Part shown: piece after piece, positions 59,192 through 64,000 of the stretch
How the letters are laid out: every line of letters begins with the position of its first letter
Numbering within the stretch: the first letter of the stretch is position 1
Source of the DNA: Pirellulales bacterium
Lineage (GTDB): Bacteria > Planctomycetota > Planctomycetia > Pirellulales > UBA1268
Assembly (NCBI GenBank): GCA_044370415.1
Contig: JBILVO010000001.1
Coordinates: 819 to 64,818 of the forward strand
Direction: 5' to 3'
Length of the DNA: 64,000 nt
Notes under the pieces: model-generated
Seen by the model: only the letters and a program-made list of their open reading frames with translations
Databases searched by the model: none
Told to the model about the DNA's origin: nothing
Made by a program: the position numbers and the translations under genes

Positions 59192-59834
59192 CGCTCGAGC
59201 CATTGCTTCCCGAGGTCCCACCGCCCGTGCATGCCGCGGCCGAACGCTCCTCCTGATCGCCGGCGGCTGCATCGTCGGCTGTGGTGCGCCGGCCGTTCCA
59301 GTGAAGACGCAGCCAGTGAAGACGCAGCCAGCGAAGACGCAGCCAGCCAACACGCAGCCAGCCGAGCCACGGCCCGCTACGCGTGCCCCGTCGGAGTCCT
59401 CCGCGCCGGCCGTGGCCGCGCCGAAGCCGGCCGCCACCACCGCCCCGGCGGCCCGCGCGACCAGCGTGCGCGACATCTCCTTTGACGACGTCAAGCTCGA
59501 GATGCAAAAGGGAGACCCGTTCACACGGGACCTGCTGCCCGCGCGGGTGACGTCGCTGGAGAACACCCGCGTGCGGATCCGCGGCTACATCCTGCCGAGC
59601 TTCCAGCAGACGGGCCTCACGCAGTTCGTATTGGTGCGCGACAACATGGAGTGCTGCTTCGGCCCCGGCGCCGCCCTGCACGACTGCGTCGTGGTGCGGA
59701 TGGTGCCGGGCAGGACGGCCGACTTCTCGATCCGCCCCGTGGCCGTGGCCGGCACGTTCCGCGTCGAGGAACTGCGGGGGCCAGACGGCCGCCATCTCGC
59801 GATCTATGCACTGGACGGCGAAAACGTGCAGTGA
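59181..59834 (+). CDS. Lipoprotein with (K/N)TQP(V/A) repeats and DUF3299-like domain with CC motif. Non-ATG start inferred.
   Basis: The frame has no ATG upstream of the lipobox ..RTLLLIAGGC. TTG 59181 (overlapping the upstream gene by 11 nt) or ATT 59202 are the only candidates. C-terminal NTRVRIRGYILPSFQQTGLTQFVLVRDNMECCFGPG. Confidence 0.6.
   Translation: MSASARAIASRGPTARACRGRTLLLIAGGCIVGCGAPAVPVKTQPVKTQPAKTQPANTQPAEPRPATRAPSESSAPAVAAPKPAATTAPAARATSVRDISFDDVKLEMQKGDPFTRDLLPARVTSLENTRVRIRGYILPSFQQTGLTQFVLVRDNMECCFGPGAALHDCVVVRMVPGRTADFSIRPVAVAGTFRVEELRGPDGRHLAIYALDGENVQ
59298..59372. repeat. 5 x 15-bp tandem repeat (ccagtgaagacgcag) encoding PVKTQ PVKTQ PAKTQ PANTQ PAEPR
   Basis: Read directly. 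The first two units are identical. Confidence 0.85.
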
Positions 59835-59932
59835 CCCCGGGGCGTTGGTAGTATCGGCCCGGCAGCCCAAAAACCGCGGCCGCCCCCTCCTGTGGGGTGG
59901 TGCCCCGGAGCGGCCAGCCGAGGCAGGCGACC

Positions 59933-60739
59933 ATGAGCCACGACTTCAGCCACGACTTCTTCTGGATTTACGACATCCCGCCGAATGAGCTGGCGCTCCT
60001 CATCATCGCGCTGTTCGTCGGCGTCTACTGGGCCGGCGCGATCCTCGTGCGGCCGATCCTGCGGCAGTTCGTCAAGAACACGCCGGGGGCCAACGATATC
60101 GTCGGCTACATCCTCTCCTGCTTCTGCGTGTTCTACGGCTTGCTGCTTGGCCTGATCGCGGTCACGGCATACCAGGGCGTCGCGGAGGCCGGCGCGAACG
60201 TCACCCGTGAGGCCGCGGCTCTCTCGGCGCTCTACGAGGACGTCTCCCGCTACCCGGAGCCCCACGGGCAGAACCTGCGCTGGATGCTCCGCGACTACAC
60301 GCGCTACGTGATCAAGTACGCCTGGCCGCTCCAGCAGCAGGGCATCGTGCCCGAGGAGGGCACCATCCGTGCCGAAGCGGTCCACGACCGGCTGCTCGAC
60401 TTCCAGCCCGGGACGCCGGCCCAGGAGATCCTCCACGCCGAGGCGCTGCGACAGCTCAACCACTTCCTCGAATGCCGACGGATGCGGCTGTATTCCGTGA
60501 AGTCAGCCCTGCCCGCGTCGATGTGGTACGTGATGCTCCTGGGGGCCGTCTTCAACATCATGCTCTGCTGGATGTTCAACATGAAGCTCATCTCGCACAT
60601 CGTGCTCGGCGGGATCTTGGCCGCCTATCTGGGCACGATGATGTACCTGATCATCGACATGAACCAGCCGTTCCGGGGAGACGTGAGCATCTCGGCCGAG
60701 CCCTTCGAGGTCCTCTACCGGCGGATGAACGATGACTAG
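59933..60739 (+). CDS. DUF4239-like integral membrane protein
   Basis: ATG 59933 (MSHDFSHDFFWIYDIPPNELALLIIALFVGVYWAG..). Two N-terminal and two C-terminal TM helices flank a soluble region. Confidence 0.65.
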   Translation: MSHDFSHDFFWIYDIPPNELALLIIALFVGVYWAGAILVRPILRQFVKNTPGANDIVGYILSCFCVFYGLLLGLIAVTAYQGVAEAGANVTREAAALSALYEDVSRYPEPHGQNLRWMLRDYTRYVIKYAWPLQQQGIVPEEGTIRAEAVHDRLLDFQPGTPAQEILHAEALRQLNHFLECRRMRLYSVKSALPASMWYVMLLGAVFNIMLCWMFNMKLISHIVLGGILAAYLGTMMYLIIDMNQPFRGDVSISAEPFEVLYRRMNDD

Positions 60740-62069
60740 GAAACATACGCCAGCCGCTCCGATGATCCGTTCAGGGCCGGCAGTCACGCGGCGGCAGGCG
60801 CTCTCGCGGTCCGCGGCCGCCACGCTGGCCGCCGCCCGCGTGCTCGCCCCGGGGCTCTTCGCGGGCTGCTCGACGGGCGTCCCCCATCGCACCGCAGCCG
60901 TGCCCGTGGGCCTGCTGCACTCCCAGACCGGCACCATGGCGATCAGCGAGACGTCGCTGCGCGACATCGAACTGCACGCCTTCGAACGCATCAACGCGGC
61001 AGGTGGGCTCCTGGGGCGGCAGCTTGTCGCCCGTGCGCCCGACACCCGCTCCCGTCCCGAGATCTTCGTCCGGCGCGCCAGAGAGTTGCTCGACGAGGGC
61101 GTGGTCGCCGCATTCGGCTGCTGGACGAGCACCAGCCGCAAGGCGGTGCTGCCGCTCTTCGAGGAGCACCGCAAGCTCCTCTTCTACCCGGTGCAGTACG
61201 AGGGGAACGAGTCGTCCCCCTACGTCGTCTACGGCGGCAGCCTCCCCAACCAGCAGGTGCTGCCGGCGATCGACTGGCTGATGAGCCCGGAGGGCGGCTC
61301 GAAGAAGAAGATCTTCCTGCTCGGCTCCGACTACGTCTTTCCCCGGACCGCCAATTACATCGTCCGGCGGCACCTCGACGCGATGGAAATGCGGCCGAGC
61401 GGCGAGGTCTACGTGCCCATGGGGCAGCGGGATTTCTCGACGGTGGTCCAGCAGATCCTGTTCTCCAAGGCCGATTGCGTGCTGAGCACCGTCAACGGCG
61501 ACAGCAACCTGGGCCTCTTCGCTGCGCTGGCCGAGGCCCGGATCGATCCCGACAAGCTGCCCGTCGTGGCGACCAGCATCGGCGAAGACGAACTCCGCAG
61601 CCTGCTGCCGGAGCAGGCGCAGGGCCACTACGCCGCGTCGTGCTATTTCCAGAGCCTCGACACCGACGCCAACCGGCAATGGGTCGACGGCTTTCGCAGC
61701 GAGTTCGGCCACGACCGCGTCACGGACGACCCGATGGAGCCCGACTGGTGCCTCGTGCACCTGTGGAAGGCGGCGGTCGAGAAGGCGGGGTCGTTCGAGA
61801 CGGATGCCGTGCGGCAGGCGTTCCGCGACGGCCTGGAGTTCGCCGGCCCCGGCGGCCCCATCCGGCTCGACCCGAAGACCCAGCACTGCACGAAGTATTT
61901 CCGGGTGGGCAGGATCCGCCCCGACCGGCAGTTCGACATCGTGCACGCCTCGGCGGCGCCGATCGACCCCGACCCCTACCCGCAGGTCGCCTTCCCGGGA
62001 TGGAAGTGCGACTGGACGGACGGCGGCGTCACCCGCGGCCAGGAGGTGTCGATCGATGGCGACCTTTGA
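60732..62069 (+). CDS. UrtA/AmiC-type (urea/short-chain amide) periplasmic binding protein, Tat-like signal plus lipobox, without cognate UrtBCDE
   Basis: TRRQALS..LFAGCS signal. VGLLHSQTGTMAISETSLRDIELHAFERINAAGGLLGRQL closely matches the UrtA N-terminal motif. The start overlaps the upstream stop (ATGACTAG). Confidence 0.8.
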   Translation: MTRKHTPAAPMIRSGPAVTRRQALSRSAAATLAAARVLAPGLFAGCSTGVPHRTAAVPVGLLHSQTGTMAISETSLRDIELHAFERINAAGGLLGRQLVARAPDTRSRPEIFVRRARELLDEGVVAAFGCWTSTSRKAVLPLFEEHRKLLFYPVQYEGNESSPYVVYGGSLPNQQVLPAIDWLMSPEGGSKKKIFLLGSDYVFPRTANYIVRRHLDAMEMRPSGEVYVPMGQRDFSTVVQQILFSKADCVLSTVNGDSNLGLFAALAEARIDPDKLPVVATSIGEDELRSLLPEQAQGHYAASCYFQSLDTDANRQWVDGFRSEFGHDRVTDDPMEPDWCLVHLWKAAVEKAGSFETDAVRQAFRDGLEFAGPGGPIRLDPKTQHCTKYFRVGRIRPDRQFDIVHASAAPIDPDPYPQVAFPGWKCDWTDGGVTRGQEVSIDGDL

Positions 62070-62724
62070 GGTGGAGCACCGCGAAGGCATGCGCTGGGTG
62101 AAGGTGCACCTGGACGGCGACGATGTGCGGACCGAGCGGGGGGCGCTCAACCACATGCAGGGTGCGATCACGATGGACGTCCCGTGGCCCACGCTGCAGG
62201 CGATCTGGGTGTCGCTCTTCTCCGATGAATCGCTCCTGCGCCCGAGGTACCGCGGCACCGGTACCGTCCACCTCGATGCGAAGCTGGGCGGATTTCATCT
62301 GATCAAGATCCAGACGGATGAGCGCTGGATCCTCGACACGAAGTGCTTCTGGGCGAGCGACGCGAACGTCAGGCTGGCGATTCACCGCGAGCGGCTGGTC
62401 ACCTCCCTGCTCGCCGGCCAGGGGGTCTTCTGGTACAAGACGACACTGAAGGGAAAGGGCCGGGCGGTGCTGTGTGTCGACGGACCGGTGCAGGAAGTGG
62501 AGCTGGACGACGAACGATTCGTCGTCGACGGCCCCTTCGTCGTCGCCCGGACGCAGGGTATTTCCCTCTCGATGCGGCGGCCGGCAAAGTCGTTTCTGAG
62601 CTCCGCGCTGTCGGGCCAGACGCGGGCCTATGTCTACGAGGGCACGGGCAGGCTCTTGCTGTGCAACATCCCCTATTGGCGGGCCAGAATGCAGGCACAG
62701 CGTGCCGGCATGCTCGATGAATGA
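62056..62724 (+). CDS. AIM24/TIGR00266 (DUF124) family protein
   Basis: ATG 62056 lies 9 nt after AGGAGG and overlaps the upstream gene by 14 nt. ..GEGMRWVKVHL..RTERGALNHMQG..GQGVFWYKTTLKGKGRAVL.. fits the family architecture. Confidence 0.75.
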   Translation: MATFEVEHREGMRWVKVHLDGDDVRTERGALNHMQGAITMDVPWPTLQAIWVSLFSDESLLRPRYRGTGTVHLDAKLGGFHLIKIQTDERWILDTKCFWASDANVRLAIHRERLVTSLLAGQGVFWYKTTLKGKGRAVLCVDGPVQEVELDDERFVVDGPFVVARTQGISLSMRRPAKSFLSSALSGQTRAYVYEGTGRLLLCNIPYWRARMQAQRAGMLDE

Positions 62725-62739
62725 ACCGCTGGTGACGGC

Positions 62740-63921
62740 ATGATCGGCGGCCCCGGCACGCGACGACTCGCCAGCTGCATGCGCTTCGCTGTCGCGGCGG
62801 CCGCCTGCCTCACCGCGACGATCGCGCATGCCTGCCCGTTCTGCGGCGTTGTGGGCCAGTCGCTCGCGCAGCGGCGCGACGCGGCGACCGTGGTGGCCGT
62901 GGGAGAGGCGACCGACGCCGCCGTGACCGATGCCGCGGGCCTGCCGGCCCAGACGTTCCGGATCGATCAGGTGCTCCGCGGGCGGGCCGCAGCGGCGCAG
63001 CCGGGCGCCGCGGTGCAGGCCCGCGTACCCGCGCCGCTGACCGGAACGGCCATGCTCTTCGCTGCGGCCGACGACCCGCCCTCGGCCCCACTGCGTTGGT
63101 CAGCGATCGCCGCCGACGAAACGCTCCTGGGATACGCGGTCGCGGCCCCAGGCGTCACGCTGCCGGCCGCGGAGCGGCTGCGCTGGTTCGCCGCCCGGCT
63201 CGAGCACCCCGAGCCGGCGATCGCCGCCGACGCGTTCACGGAATTCGGGCTCGCCCCGTTCGCCGACGTGCGGGCCGCCGCAGACGCGTTCGACGTGCCT
63301 GCCCTGCGGGCGTGGCTGGCCGATCCCGGCATCGACCAGCGGCGGCGAGGTCTCTACGGACTCCTGCTCGGCGTGGCGGCCCGCGCCACAGGCGACCCGG
63401 CCGTCGTCCGCGACTGCACCGCCGCGTTGCTCCACGCCCTCGACGCGCCCGGCGACGACTTCAGGGCTGGGTTCGACGGGATCCTCGCTGGCCTCCTCGT
63501 CGCCGAGGGGGAGGCCGGCCTCGACTCGCTCCGCGATCGCGGCCTCTTCGGCCCGACGGCGCGGCCGCTCGACCAGCGGCACCTGCTGGCTGCCCTGCGG
63601 TTCGCCGGCGAGAGCCTCGCCGACACAATCCCGCGGCCGCGGATCGTCACCGCGACGCGGCTGTTGCTCGCGCGCCCGGCCGTGGCGGCCGACGCGGCGA
63701 TCGACCTGGCCCGCTACCGCGATTGGGACGCGGTCGACGACGTCGCCGGTCTGTGGGATGCCCTCGGCCGCGATGATCCGCTCATCCGCCGGGCGGTGGC
63801 CGGCTATCTCGCCGCCTGCCCGCTGCCGGCAGCGAAACGGCGGCTCGCCGAGATCACGGATCGCGACCCCGAGGCCCTCCGCCGGGCGCTCGATGCGGCA
63901 GCCCTGCCGGCCGCACGGTAG
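62740..63921 (+). CDS. Signal-peptide CPFC-motif helical-repeat protein (shorter paralogue of 56879..58474)
   Basis: ..ATIAHACPFCGVVGQSL.. Aligned blocks RLRWFAARLEHPEPAIAADAFTEFGLAPFADVR and GYLAACPLPAAKRRLAEITDRDPEALRRA match the first copy. Confidence 0.7.
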   Translation: MIGGPGTRRLASCMRFAVAAAACLTATIAHACPFCGVVGQSLAQRRDAATVVAVGEATDAAVTDAAGLPAQTFRIDQVLRGRAAAAQPGAAVQARVPAPLTGTAMLFAAADDPPSAPLRWSAIAADETLLGYAVAAPGVTLPAAERLRWFAARLEHPEPAIAADAFTEFGLAPFADVRAAADAFDVPALRAWLADPGIDQRRRGLYGLLLGVAARATGDPAVVRDCTAALLHALDAPGDDFRAGFDGILAGLLVAEGEAGLDSLRDRGLFGPTARPLDQRHLLAALRFAGESLADTIPRPRIVTATRLLLARPAVAADAAIDLARYRDWDAVDDVAGLWDALGRDDPLIRRAVAGYLAACPLPAAKRRLAEITDRDPEALRRALDAAALPAAR

Positions 63922-64000
63922 CTGGCTGTGGAAAAAGCCCTCCCTGGCCTTTTTCCATGAGGACGAGCGGCAAAAAAGCCGCGGTTTTTCGGCGCTCGCT
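63921..64000 (+). repeat. Copy 4 of the structured repeat (3' part cut by window end)
   Basis: GCTGGCTGTGGAAAAAGCCCTCCCTGGCCTTTTTCCATGAGGACGAGCGGCAAAAAAGCCGCGGTTTTTCGGCGCTCGCT. Starts at the G of the upstream TAG stop. Confidence 0.85.

Overview
Chromosomal segment with very high G+C. Third codon positions are almost always G/C, so all six frames carry long spurious ORFs, and many track ORFs had to be trimmed or discarded. The gene content looks planctomycetal, which is an inference. It includes a giant secreted beta-helix protein with an N-terminal ..ERLESRAVLA motif, many signal-peptide or lipobox hypotheticals, a Gfo/Idh/MocA plus xylose-isomerase-like TIM pair, and tandem clpP genes. I call about 50 protein genes and one tRNA-Gly(GCC). 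I saw no rRNA, CRISPR array, transposase, integrase or phage genes. Recognisable housekeeping genes are lepB, bamA, a TsaC/LMW-phosphatase fusion followed by rpiB, zwf, hemA/hemE, panB, tig-clpP-clpP, gap and csrA. There is also a PhoB/PhoR-like two-component pair, an SNF2 helicase, a YdiJ-like FAD/Fe-S oxidoreductase and a GT9 heptosyltransferase. Five things seem most worth a second look. (1) A ~122-bp intergenic repeat with three hairpins and terminal inverted repeats is present in 4 copies, all in the same orientation, plus one degenerate relic. The copies sit flush against stop codons. (2) Nine co-directional genes (54547-63921) combine a MacB-type ABC pair, two paralogous signal-peptide CPFC helical-repeat proteins, two di-cysteine DUF3299-like proteins, and a translationally coupled DUF4239/UrtA-like/AIM24 trio. 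(3) An untracked 29-codon ORF for an extremely basic peptide has its own promoter-like hexamers, 5' hairpin, GGAGGA Shine-Dalgarno and 3' stem-loop. (4) There are unusual domain fusions: G6PD with a cyclic-nucleotide-binding domain, and TsaC with an LMW phosphatase. (5) Periodic C-rich motifs occur in the gap and oxidoreductase leaders. All functional calls rest on motif recognition by eye. No database search was run.
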